Source: Octopus bimaculoides (taxonomy: Eukaryota). From it: a stretch of DNA of 53,871 nt. The notes under the pieces are model-generated. The model worked only from the letters and a program-made list of their open reading frames with translations. It was not told the origin of the DNA and did no database searches. The first letter of the stretch is position 1, and every line of letters starts with the position of its first letter. Positions 24,132 through 36,800 of this stretch are shown piece by piece. The position numbers and the translations under genes were made by a program. The DNA lies in assembly GCF_001194135.2 (NCBI RefSeq), contig NC_068987.1, forward strand, positions 66,148,701 through 66,202,571, in the 5' to 3' direction.

Positions 24132-24571
24132 TACACACAGATAGAGAAATTAAGGCAAATAGACCAGATATAGTTGTCAAAGATCATGAAGAAAAAAAAT
24201 GCTTTCTAATTGATGTATCAATACCAGCAGATGACAACGTTTCTCTAAAAGAAATGGAAAAACTTTCAAAATACAAAGACCTGGAAATAGAGATAACTCG
24301 AATGTGGAATCTAAAAACAGAAACAATTCCTATTATAGTAGGTGCCTTAGGTATAATAAAAAATATTCAGACAAATACATAACAAAAACACCAGGACTTA
24401 CAAATATATATAACATACAGAAAATTGCACTACTGGGTACTGCACACATTCTACGCAAAACACTTTCAATACAGTAAACATAAGAGCACCACAGCAAACA
24501 ACAGCACATACCCAAGGCGCACAGAGCTGCGCTCGGTAGTGAAGTGAAAGCACGTTATAAAAATAAAACTA

Positions 24572-24574
<3 letters not shown>
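24132..24574 (+). mobile_element. Young-looking R4/Dong-like 3' end (RLE endonuclease plus 3' UTR)
   Basis: HTDREIKANRPDIVVKD...LIDVSIP.DDNV..KE.EKLSKYKDLEIE...W...TIPIIVGALG, one frameshift, then QKIALLGTAHILRKTLSIQ*. Confidence 0.92.

Positions 24575-24652
<78 letters not shown>
24575..24652. repeat. (AAT)n tail
   Basis: Seen directly. Confidence 0.95.
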
Positions 24653-24653
<1 letters not shown>

Positions 24654-25084
24654 TGTAGATAGGCATAAATATAGACGGATAGATATTCATGTAAATGTGT
24701 TCGAGAGTGTGTGCAAGCGCGCGAACAAGAATTGAAGTCTGCATAGATGTTTTCCTTGGTTTATTCTACTGAACACTTCATTCCCACCCGAACCATACAT
24801 ACATGCAAAAAGACTTACGCACACAATTATACACATATAAACCTACTCTTAGTATCCTTTCTTTCTCTTTGAATATATGCCAGTAAAAAAAATGTCAGGT
24901 TTATGACGTCAACTGCCACATTAATTTAATGACAAGACAAGTTGGTAGACGTTTGCTTGAAAGAAACTAGAGAAACAGCGTTGATATATCAACAGTGTGC
25001 TGCAGGTTGCATACTCTATTCAAATATTTCAGAGATAGATAAGAACTGTCGATGCACACTAGCAGACAGACACACGCAGATATA

Positions 25085-25143
<59 letters not shown>

Positions 25144-25564
25144 NNNNNNNNNNNNNNNNNNNNNNNNNNNNNNNNNNNNNNNNNNNNNNNNNNNNNNNNN
25201 NNNNNNNNNNNNNNNNNNNNNNNNNNNNNNNNNNNNNNNNNNNNNNNNNNNNNNNNNNNNNNNNNNNNNNNNNNNNNNNNNNNNNNNNNNNNNNNNNNNN
25301 NNNNNNNNNNNNNNNNNNNNNNNNNNNNNNNNNNNNNNNNNNNNNNNNNNNNNNNNNNNNNNNNNNNNNNNNNNNNNNNNNNNNNNNNNNNNNNNNNNNN
25401 NNNNNNNNNNNNNNNNNNNNNNNNNNNNNNNNNNNNNNNNNNNNNNNNNNNNNNNNNNNNNNNNNNNNNNNNNNNNNNNNNNNNNNNNNNNNNNNNNNNN
25501 NNNNNNNNNNNNNNNNNNNNNNNNNNNNNNNNNNNNNNNNNNNNNNNNNNNNNNNNNNNNNNNN

Positions 25565-25617
<53 letters not shown>

Positions 25618-26240
25618 GTTGAACTGCACATAATTATAAATATCTATCAAAATTACTCGTTTGTGCTTCCTTATCCGTGTGTGTGCAGGCGCTATGTCAA
25701 TGTATTTGTAGACTACAAATTGATGAATATGTCATTACAACATTTCGTGAACTTGATACAATAATGGAATATATTTGAGTAATTCGAGGTGAGAAGGAAT
25801 AAGTGGATAAAGGAATAGAGACGAATGAATAAATGAATAGAATATTCCTACATTTTCTATTAACACACAAAATTACAAATAAAACAGTTTGAAGAGTTGT
25901 TTAAGTAAACACAATCAAAAGTTTCTGTAATGGATGAGTCCTTCAGGTTATATATACTGTAAAGATTGACTGAAACAAAACAAGGAAGTATCAAATAAAA
26001 ATCTTCGACTCAGTTTGTATTTGTTTCTATCTTTATTTCTTTGTTTCTATAACTTACCATCATCAGTCGTCCTCCGGCGGGCATAATATACGTGCAATAT
26101 TTATATATAACAAGATATATATTGTACTAGCGCTTGTTTCACGTAAACGTGTATATATCAAAAATGTATGCATACCTCTACTACTCTTGGCTTAATGCAT
26201 GATTGCATTCATGCAGTATATATGTACAGGTGTATGTATG

Positions 26241-26272
<32 letters not shown>

Positions 26273-27010
26273 NNNNNNNNNNNNNNNNNNNNNNNNNNNN
26301 NNNNNNNNNNNNNNNNNNNNNNNNNNNNNNNNNNNNNNNNNNNNNNNNNNNNNNNNNNNNNNNNNNNNNNNNNNNNNNNNNNNNNNNNNNNNNNNNNNNN
26401 NNNNNNNNNNNNNNNNNNNNNNNNNNNNNNNNNNNNNNNNNNNNNNNNNNNNNNNNNNNNNNNNNNNNNNNNNNNNNNNNNNNNNNNNNNNNNNNNNNNN
26501 NNNNNNNNNNNNNNNNNNNNNNNNNNNNNNNNNNNNNNNNNNNNNNNNNNNNNNNNNNNNNNNNNNNNNNNNNNNNNNNNNNNNNNNNNNNNNNNNNNNN
26601 NNNNNNNNNNNNNNNNNNNNNNNNNNNNNNNNNNNNNNNNNNNNNNNNNNNNNNNNNNNNNNNNNNNNNNNNNNNNNNNNNNNNNNNNNNNNNNNNNNNN
26701 NNNNNNNNNNNNNNNNNNNNNNNNNNNNNNNNNNNNNNNNNNNNNNNNNNNNNNNNNNNNNNNNNNNNNNNNNNNNNNNNNNNNNNNNNNNNNNNNNNNN
26801 NNNNNNNNNNNNNNNNNNNNNNNNNNNNNNNNNNNNNNNNNNNNNNNNNNNNNNNNNNNNNNNNNNNNNNNNNNNNNNNNNNNNNNNNNNNNNNNNNNNN
26901 NNNNNNNNNNNNNNNNNNNNNNNNNNNNNNNNNNNNNNNNNNNNNNNNNNNNNNNNNNNNNNNNNNNNNNNNNNNNNNNNNNNNNNNNNNNNNNNNNNNN
27001 NNNNGCTCCC

Positions 27011-27012
<2 letters not shown>

Positions 27013-27045
<33 letters not shown>

Positions 27046-27058
27046 ACTACTGCTACTG

Positions 27059-27112
<54 letters not shown>

Positions 27113-27150
27113 ATAATAATAATAATAATAATATTAATAATAATAATAAT
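27013..27150. repeat. Compound (CTG)n(CTA)n(AAT)n microsatellite
   Basis: Seen directly. Confidence 0.95.
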
Positions 27151-27154
27151 CATC

Positions 27155-27367
27155 CATTATACTAAATGCACAAGGGCTGAAATTTTGGGAGAGGGAGCCA
27201 GTCGATTATATCGACCCCAGTGTTTCACTGGTACTTAATTTATCGACTCTCGAAAGCTGGAAAGCAAAGTCGCCGGCGAAACGATGAAAGGCGAAGTCGT
27301 CCTCGACGGATTAAATGCTGCTAAGCATATTGTGTGACGTGCTCTGATTGTACCAGCTCGCCGCCTT
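27155..27367 (-). mobile_element. tRNA-derived SINE, 21206 family
   Basis: GTCGATTATATCGACCCCAGTG..ACTGGTACTTAATTTATCGAC is shared with 21255-21300. Confidence 0.8.
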
Positions 27368-27664
27368 ACTGCAACAAAGAATGATAGTAAATTCCGAACA
27401 GTTGTGTTAGATTAGAAATTACTAATTAGATTGGAAATCATTCTTTTACAGAATCGTTTTACTATAGGGAAACGTCTTTAATCCAGTCTAAAGTTCGACA
27501 ACATTTTCCTTGAAATATATCAAAGTATCCCTTGAGTACTGAGCTGCTGATTTCGCGGAATTGTTAAATTGTTTGAAAAAATACTTTATGGTATTTGCAC
27601 CTAGTCTTTCAGTTAGGTGTTAAATTCACATTAAATTTCCCTCTTGTACTTAACAAAATAATAG

Positions 27665-27815
27665 TGGTTTCAAATTTTGGCACAGAGTCAGCAGTTTCGG
27701 GTGAGCTCAGCTGGTATTTATTTTATCAACCCGAAAGAGTGAAATACAGATAATTCTCGACGGAATTTGAACAGCATTTGTCCCGTGTGCTAACGATCTG
27801 CCAACTTGTCGCCTT
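27665..27815 (-). mobile_element. Decayed SINE, 21206 family
   Basis: CTGGTATTTATTTTATCAACCCGAAAG and CGGAATTTGAAC motifs. Confidence 0.6.
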
Positions 27816-28214
27816 AGACAAAGTTAATATTCTTTATCATATACAATTCTTTATCTAATACAATTCTGATACAAATACCAGTAATTATATTAACGATAAC
27901 AGTAGCATTTTGATGCATATACAAAGGATCACAAATATGAGGGAGGTTCAGTCAATATACTTGCTTATAGTGTCTCAATTGTCGCGCGGTTTATCAAAAA
28001 TGGAATAATTTATAAGCTATGTCGAACACCTCGGGATTCGAATATAGAATATAACGTGCCATGAAATACATATACACAAAACCCTTCACAACCATAAAGG
28101 AAAAAACATAGCTATTTCTGTTTCGCAAGTCCAAAATAAGCTCAACCTCATGCAGTCATAGTATAGAGGCGAATATTTTGAGGTTTCATAAATATATTAC
28201 GATTTCTAGTCTCT

Positions 28215-28749
28215 CACCATGTTACACGGTCCATCCGCCAAGTTTGTAAAGAATCCATTGACCCAATTTGGTGACATTTCCGATGGCACGCAGGTGTCGA
28301 TGAATAGTTGAGTGTTCAAATCTAACCTCCTCTGCTAGTTCATCAACAATTACGATGGGATTTTCTTCCACCAAGTTTTTCAGGACGACCTCGTCGAGCT
28401 CTACAGATCTTCCAGGCCCGTCCCTTAGGCTGCAGTTTCTGACTCAGAATTTCTGGAACCACTGTTTACACTGACTTATGCTAACTGTCAAATTCCCAAA
28501 TACTAAATTAATATTCCTCTCACTTTCTGTAGCGTAGTCGCCTTTATTGAACTCATAACGTAAAATATGCCAAATAGGCTTCTTTGTCACATTATACCTT
28601 TGAAAAAATATGTGTTTAAATCAAACTGCTTTCTTTAAAATCTGCACTAAGAATAAGGATATGGTAAAATTACTACCTGTCCTTATAGCATGTTGATGCA
28701 GGTAGTTTATCCCATCCCCACTTCGCATTATTTATGGGATGACCCAATA
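28215..28749 (-). mobile_element. Mariner transposon: left end and 5' third of the transposase (pseudogenised)
   Basis: TA plus TIR-like TTGGGTCATCCCATAAATAATGCG (28749-28724). Translation HILRYEFNKG..ATES.RNIN..FG...Q.KQWFQKF...GRSVELD...LVEENP....ELAE...HSTIHRHLRAIG...KLGQWI is the HTH region and a WVPHEL-like motif. Confidence 0.9.
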
Positions 28750-28797
28750 CATAGATATAGTTAATTCTGGGGCACCCTGTATCTAATATATATATAC

Positions 28798-28845
<48 letters not shown>

Positions 28846-30281
28846 GTGTGTGTGTATGTCTGTGTGTGTCTCTCTGTTTGTGTGTGTGTGTGTGTGTGTT
28901 ATGTGTACGTGTAAAGAGTGAGAATAAAAGTGAGTATATATCTTCAAGATAGCCACAGAGATAGGGATATTGGTTACGAGTGAAGCGTGTTATTGATAAA
29001 TTCTAGAGATGATAATGATACGAAATATATAGGAATCGTAAACACATACATAACTAGCTATATTCAGCGTAATAGCTCCCTTACGTATAGAAATATAATC
29101 GATTCCTATCTCAACAAGTTCGTAAACTGTAGAGGAAATGATCAAACACTATTCTTAGAAGCAGAAACATTGTTGAAAATAAAAGCCATGTTCGAATGCA
29201 ATGCAAATATGATTTGTGTGTATGTTTTATGGATCTCAAAATGTTAAATATTAAAGGCCGATTATTTCTATGCTTATAGGCATATGAACACTGATACAAT
29301 CATCACAGGCATCCTGGCAGGTCATAGGTTTTGCAAAATGTACACATATTAGTATTATGTGCAGTGTTGGAAGATGTGTCACGTTTAGAAACGTATCATG
29401 TAACCTGAATATTTCAACAGCTGTTTCTCCATCTACTCATCATATGTTTATTAGGGTGACGATGGTAATTTCTCGGAATCTTAAAGTCTGAAATTATTTT
29501 CAGGCCTTCAGCTTCCCAATAAAACATGAATAGTTATAATAATTCGTCCATGCTATCCATGTCGAGTAGTCCTGGATCTCTTATGTTGAAAGACATATCG
29601 CAGTTAGATAAAGACTGGCATTAGCGAGGTGACATATAATCAGTTTCGCAAGAACAAACATTCAAATATTCATTAAATAACGTTACATATACATGTATGT
29701 ACACACAAAAACAAATGCACACATATGTATATAAATTATTAAAGCGGCTACAAGCAATTTAAAACCAAAAGGCACAAATACGGTGGTCACTAAAAGTGAC
29801 TAAGGGTATAAGTTAGTACCAGCTAAATATAAAAGTCAAAACAGCTCTGAGCCACGAAAAGAGCTTTTTCTGTTCCACAGAGCGCTATGTATAGACTGAC
29901 GAAGGAGACAACCTCCCCACAGTATGCGTGGGCGCCATATATATATCAATATATTATAAATTAACTACCAACAAAAATAATTGGTAAGCTAACTCAAAAC
30001 ATCATCACCAAAATAGCAGAAAAAAACGACAGTGAAGGTATGCAGACTCTTCAAGAATCGATCCTTTTGGTTATATTAATAATAATAAAGGAGTTACGAC
30101 GCAAAAACGTATAAATTCAAATGAACATATTTATCTTCTTCAATATATATTTCAGTATAAAGAATTCATTAATAGACTTAAATCAAAATTTCTTTACACA
30201 TCATTCAGGAATAAATATAACATCAGAAACAATACATTCCGTTTAAAAACACAAACCGTTCATGGCGAAAAAATGTTTTCG

Positions 30282-30323
<42 letters not shown>

Positions 30324-30350
30324 TGTATGTATGTATTATGTGTGTATGTA

Positions 30351-30394
<44 letters not shown>

Positions 30395-30398
<4 letters not shown>

Positions 30399-30700
30399 CG
30401 CACCTGGAAAGAGTACAGCAATTAGCTGAGTGCGTGATAAAGATTGTACCGCCAACCGGACTATCAACGGAAGGTGACGCATGTATTCTGTGAACAGTCG
30501 CAGTCATGAAAGAGTGTACACGGAGAACAAGAATGGAAGGAATCGAGACAGGATCCTTTATCTCCGCCACTGGTCTGCTATACTACTTCAGGTACTACCT
30601 GAAGAGCAAGATAGGCCTGGAGAGGAGACACTCGTCGCGAAGCATATATGAGAAAAGATTGAAGGATGTCGTGAGGAAGTTGGGAGTGACTGTCCTTACT
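30395..30700 (+). mobile_element. Tx1/L1-like LINE ORF2 C-terminus remnant
   Basis: AVMKECT..T...G.ET..F.S...L..YFRYYLK.KI..ERR, homologous by eye to 48555-48720. Confidence 0.6.
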
Positions 30701-30912
30701 TAATTCCACCCATGGTAAAAGCAAGGTGTAGTGGTTGGATTTCCGGCCATTCTTGTGAACATAAGTTTGTGTAATTTTTAAAATTTTATATAAATTGTAT
30801 ATAGGATTCATCCAATTTTAATTATAAACTCACTTAGCTCATCTTTATGTTTGTAACGTCCTGTATTGTCCCTATTTATAAAAGATATTTATTATTATAA
30901 TAAAGAAATTAC

Positions 30913-30955
30913 TCCAGACTGATGATGAACAATGACTTAGAAACTAGTCCCTGGA
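30913..30955 (+). ncRNA. Minimal type-I hammerhead-like motif
   Basis: TCCAGA-CTGATGA-(14 nt, weak stem II)-GAAAC-TA-GTC-CCTGGA, with an intact core and a perfect ACTAGT palindrome. Confidence 0.55.
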
Positions 30956-31339
30956 TGCTAGCTTTGCTGGGTAGAGGTGCTTATCTCCCCCTTATATGCA
31001 CTTAATGTACTGTATGTTCACTTCAAAAACTGTATCTTTTAAAGAATATAAGAACCTCTAGGGTTTGTATAAATACCAAATGCATGATTATTTTTTATCA
31101 TGTCCGCGTTTAACAAAGATCAGTCAGTGGGAATTAAAGAGAAAGCAACGGCCAGATCATAACGCATTCCAATGTTGGTTCATCAAATCAACAACCGTAA
31201 GAGTCGGCATGTATTTACTATGCAGTCAATTATCTCCCCTCGATCGCTTTCTGTCTTTATCAAGATCATGTGCTCGTGCAGAACTCGTTTATCTCTATTG
31301 GAGTAGACAAGCCGACTTGCTGACTTTGACTAAAGAAGT

Positions 31340-31572
31340 AAAGCTCCTTCCTAAATTATCTAGATTCATAGGGCAGGTTTCCCGTTTTCTATGGCATATA
31401 CATTCCCCACCTGGACGGGACGCCCGTACTCATTTGTACCAGCTGAGTGGACAGGGACGACGTGAAAGGTTTTGATTTTGCTAGAGAACACAACGCGTCG
31501 CCTGGTACAGGAATCGAAAACACAATCTTACGATCATAGGTCCAAAACATTGACCACTAAGTCACGCGCTAC
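31340..31572 (-). mobile_element. tRNA-derived SINE (CORE-like centre)
   Basis: Reverse complement has TGACTTAGTGG (A-box-like), GTTTTCGATTCC (B-box-like) and TTGTGTTCTCTAGCAA..CCACTCAGCTG. Confidence 0.7.
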
Positions 31573-32184
31573 GACTCTTGTTGACTTTACTAGTTTCAAA
31601 AACGTTGTAACGAATTCAAAATTTCAAGTTGGAAACTCTTGTTAACTGAATTAGATATGTTTTGTGTGTTTCTTATTTATAATACTATCTTTATTTTCTT
31701 AACTGGATGAATACCATACTACTCGTTGAATTTCATAACACACAAATTCATGCTACTGTACTTCAGTGACCGATGCACATCTTAAGATTGTAGAAGCTTA
31801 ACGAGTACTATCGAGCGATTTACGATAAGAATATTGCACTCCACAAATGTTTTTCACAGGGACGTTTCGCCCAGAAACATTCCTTCACTATCTAAAAACG
31901 TTTCCTGGGGGTTGTCACAGTAAAAAAAAACAAAAACAAAAAAGGAAAAAAAAAGAGAATGCCTTGCTGTTAAACGTCCTATTACTAATAACTACCACTG
32001 AACACTTCGATATGAAATCACAGAAATTTCTACACGCATCTATGACATTGTTCCTTCAAAGGTTGCTGTTTTTGAATCTCATTCCCGCGATTAATTTTAA
32101 TAAGCGCTCTTACTCTAACCCGCTGCAATATAAGCTAGCTAAAGGTATAGTCTATCTTAGATCTCTTGTAGTAACTTTATATTT

Positions 32185-32480
32185 TGGAAAAACCTAACAA
32201 CCTATACGAGGTAGAGAGGGATATACATAGTGAATCATTAATTAATTTTATCACAGATAAATATCGGAAGTGAGACCTAGATATTCGCGAATCTATTCGC
32301 CTAGATGCTACATCCCTCACCAAAAGCTTAGCATAGATAGACCTGGATGCCTAGCTAAAACAGAACTTGATAAATACGATAAATCCAAATGTAGACTAAC
32401 TAACACGTCTAAAACGGAGCTATGTTTTACTAGACCGAGCTCCGTTTTAGAAAATATTTTAAGGTATATTGATAATAAAA
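32185..32480 (+). mobile_element. Penelope-like pre-RT fragment
   Basis: (D)KT.NNLYEV....LINFITDKYRK and KSKCRLTNTSKTEL...NIL.YID resemble DKT.N.Y and CRLINP.KSE.G.ISK.IL. Confidence 0.6.
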
Positions 32481-33181
32481 TGAAGGGATCTTTTTACTAT
32501 GGATTTCTCGGTGATGTTGTGAATCGAATCTATCAGTAATAAACATAACATAATTTGACATTAAAATACAAATAACATAATTTGACATTATGGTTTGTAC
32601 ATTTCAATATCCGAATCCCAGCATGCGCAATGCGTTCGAATTTGCATGTCAGTTTGTAACCATTCATGAGCAAGAAATAAGTCCCATTATACATGCACAT
32701 AAAAAAGCTGTTATTTAGTGTCGGATATATTTGGACCCACAGCTATAACACCGATAATATATGCGATCTGGTTGGTTTATACACTCTTAATCATCTAAAT
32801 TCAAATTTTCTCCACCACAATATTAGTATATACCGGAACAACACTTTGGCGCACACCAGAACATGAACAGTGTCATCACTTCTCATATGTATGTAATATA
32901 ATTTTTCTGAATTTTCAGAATTTTCTTTATGCTAGATCACTGGTTTTAAATTGGTGTTAATTAAATTAATATCCAATTTATCACCCTTATTATTTAAATT
33001 TTTATAATTTTGTTCTCTAGCCGTCGACGGTTATTGCAGTGAATTATCTCCTGTGGAATTGTTTCCGGTATTTAGCGCACCAGAGCTGAGACGTTTGAAA
33101 ATAACTCCAATGTAATCAGTAGAACTGTACGCATGTCTAATTTTATGTGGACAATTCGTGTATTGTGCTGCAAATTATATT

Positions 33182-33276
33182 GAATTGAACGGTCGAACTG
33201 ATGAGCCTCGGATGGGTTATGTAAGCAAAAATTAGACTAATCCAATAATGTGTGAAACCTGGTCTACGACTAATTC
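33182..33276 (+). ncRNA. Type-I hammerhead-like motif with a long stem II
   Basis: GGTCGAA-CTGATGA-(49 nt including GGATGGGTT/GACTAATCC)-GAAAC-CTG-GTC-TACGACT, with distal GAATT/AATTC pairing. Confidence 0.5.
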
Positions 33277-35555
33277 TGTTTACGATCTAAATGTGTTTAC
33301 TAACATGCTAGTATGTTTACAAATGTAACGTGCATGCCAGTGTGGGTCTACCGATATACATGTCTAAAAATGTTTCTTCTGTTGGGGATAACAGGGGCGT
33401 CCTAACATGATCTCGGCGGTATCTAATATTGAGTGCTTATGGCCAAATTTAACATCAAGATGCATATGAATGGACGGTGAAATGCATCATTGAAACAACT
33501 ATGCACATGCGTATAGATTTGTATACTCTCTCGGCCGATCTCACTCAACTATATCTAATAGTAATAAAACTACTAGAATACCGGCTGAAAGTATAGAGAG
33601 CCATTGGAAAGAATATAATGATGGGAAACCTTTGTCGGTTCTTTATAAGCATTCTAAAGACAAGCGGGAAGAAATGCGTTGCTATTTTCGACTTAAATAC
33701 GTTCTCAAGTCGACATCAATGAATTTGAAATCAAAGTGTACAGATTCTCAACAAAATCCTAAATTGAGTATTGCTGTCTGGGAGTTATCTTATGGTAGAG
33801 GAATAGTATTTAACTGCTATTTATTATAATTATGCCTATAAGTATAGAATATATANNNNNNNNNNNNNNNNNNNNNNNNNNNNNNNNNNNNNNNNNNNNN
33901 NNNNNNNNNNNNNNNNNNNNNNNNNNNNNNNNNNNNNNNNNNNNNNNNNNNNNNATATATATATATATATATATATATAGGTATATACACACACATGTTT
34001 ATATATAATATATGTATGTATGTACATAAGGTATTAAATTATGTCCTAACATCCATTAAGCTACTGTACTTTCATATGTTACCTATAAGATTTCTCAGTT
34101 GCCTGGGTTACAAAGAAATCTCTACATTTACTTGCTGATTTCCAGTAGAAAACTACGTTTATATTGCAACGTTCGATACAAATATAGCAATTATATGTAC
34201 ATGTATAACTGCATTTCTATGTATAGGAATCAATAAGTTATGCCATACATGTAGAGTTATTGTTGAAGCTCAGAGATTTGATATAGTTCCAAACTGCGTC
34301 ACATAGTTCTGTTACTAAGCTGTGTACGTGATCAAAGCTAATTATATTTCAATAGTAAGCCCAGTCTATATGTAAATTGGTTTAGCAGAATTTTACTGGT
34401 AAACATTATGTGCATCGGGTCCACTTTAAACACGGCGAAATAATCTTTAATGATGAATTACAGGATTCAAAATGTTTGAGATACTCCATCACCTTACAAA
34501 AATGATATCGTCTATAATTTGAATATTTTATCCCAATAGTATTTTTGTTTTGTTACACAAACACACACACAATACGTATGTACATTTTCTGCTTTTACAG
34601 CAATAACTGTCTCAGATTTATATTCATATTACAATTGCTTGACGCGCGCATATCTCTGTGAAATACTGTCCTGAGGTAGAAGTAAATGAGACACGTAGAT
34701 TCCAATCCAGAAAGCCATTAACCATCAAAGCCACAGCCGAATATATAACTAGAAACAACTTACCGACAAACCATCCCAGTTCCCAAAATCAAAACCGAAT
34801 AATAATGTTGACCGCTGTATAAAAGCAATTTCCATAAATAAATATCAGATCTCAATAACTCCAGCAATGGATTGTACGTCTAGAATAGATGACAATAAAG
34901 AGAGAATACCTGTGACGATTTCTAACTAGTTTGTTGTCAGATGCAACCGATTCTATACAAATTCTTAATCAATAGTTGATTTATTTTCTATTTCAGTACC
35001 TAATCAGCTTCCAACATCGTTATCGATTAATTGCAAAAATAAATTATGCATTTTTGTTTCTTTTATTCTTTTGTATGTCTTTACGCATTGAAATACACCG
35101 ATATATCAAATGATTTGTTTACTTTCAAAGTACCTTAGACTAATTCCAACTCTACCACCAGGGAACGTAACAAATAATATAGATAGAGGGTAAGGAATAA
35201 ATAGTACGCTGTAATTAGGGTAGGCATGGTGATTTTAAAAAATCCTAAATAGACATAAGCAAACATTTGCAAATAACCATACTATTATTTGCTCGAGAGA
35301 TCCTCCAGTTTAAACAATATTCACACGATAACACAGTTACAGATTAACAAATTGTAAGCAGCCAAGTTACAAGTAAAAGTAATGAGTTCAAATGCATAAA
35401 TATATTCCACGTTTCTGGATCAGTCTTACGAACTATACGTATATGCATCGATCCAATTCTGTCAGCAATAACTGCACTCAAGCACACGCACACACACGTA
35501 CACATACACACACATACACACGCCATACACACACACACACTCATGCATATATATG

Positions 35556-35597
<42 letters not shown>

Positions 35598-35600
<3 letters not shown>

Positions 35601-35965
35601 GAGGCGCTGTGTCCCAATGGTTAGGGCAGCGGACTCGCAATCGTAGGATCACGGTTTTGATTCCCAGAGCGGGCGTTGTGAGTGTCTATTGAGTGAAAAC
35701 ACCTAAAGCTCCACAAGGATCCGGCAGAGGGTAGTGCGGTACCCTGCTGTACTCTTTCACCACAACTTTCTCTCACTCTTTCTTCCTGTATTTCAAAGGA
35801 GTAGCCTTGTCCGACTCTGTGTCACGCTGAATCACCCCGAAAACGTTAAGGGCACACATGTCTGTGGAGTGCTCAGCCACTTGCACGTTAATTTCACAAG
35901 CTGGCTGTTCTGTTGATCAGATCAACTGGAACCCGCGTCATCGTACCCGACGGACTGCCACGGTA
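35598..35965 (+). mobile_element. Near full-length tRNA-derived SINE
   Basis: Head GTGGAGGCGCTGTGTCCCAATGGTTAGGGCAGCGGACTC...GGTTTTGATTCCC, flanked by (TA)n and (CA)n. The 3' half is repeated at 12665. Confidence 0.8.
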
Positions 35966-36471
35966 CACACACGCTCAAACACACACACACACACACACAC
36001 ACACGCATATATATATATTATACGCACACACACACATNNNNNNNNNNATTATACGCACACACACACACACACACACACACGCATATATATATATTATACG
36101 CACACACACACATATATATATTGTACGGAGCAAAGACATAATTTAGGCTTCTAAACATTTTTTCTGGGCCATTTTTTTTCCTTTTCCTTCTTCACTTTGT
36201 TTATATTGTATGCACTTGTTTTTTACTCTGATAAAGCTCCGTTGCCTTTATTCGAACCCTACGAAGATGAAGAACTTTATTCTCGTATTTGTTTATAGAC
36301 ACCGTTTCTGTAACCGATCGGAAACGGCCGTAAGATATGCTAGTCATCTATTTTTTGTTATGTCATGCTTTGTATTATAAAAATAAGCTATAAATATGGT
36401 CTAATCGATGTGTTTGTTAATCTGTGGTTTTTTCCATTTTCTGATTATATATATATATATATGTATATATA

Positions 36472-36800
36472 CTGTCAAAGAAAGACCCCCTTCAGTCATG
36501 AATGACCATGGGACTGCACCTAGAAAGTACCCCTTCGAGGCACATGTCTGGGTAAGTTTGTTGTTTATAGAATACCAGCAGTCACCCATGCTTAGCATTC
36601 TCTTCTCTCTGCACCAACGATGTTGTCCAAGGGAACTGTAAAGGCTGATAGAGCAACTGATTTCTTCAACTGAATGAAATGGAGCAACGTGAAATAAGTA
36701 TTTTGCTCAAGAACACAATATGCAACCAGGTCCACGATTCGAACACATTACCTCATGTTTGTGATCCCGGTGTTCTAACCACTGAACCATGCGCCTTCTC
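36472..36800 (-). mobile_element. tRNA-derived SINE, 9865 family
   Basis: Reverse complement head GAAGGCGCATGGTTCAGTGGTTAGA...GTGTTCGAATC. Aligns with 9865-10192. Confidence 0.8.

Noticed and set aside
26040-26075. Minus-strand CTGATGA...GAAAC
   Set aside because: No convincing stem II, no GTH or palindrome after GAAAC, and no stem I.
35985-36120. Repeated (CA)n(TA)n unit around a ~10 N gap
   Set aside because: A compound microsatellite with an unresolved join; the copy number is unreliable.
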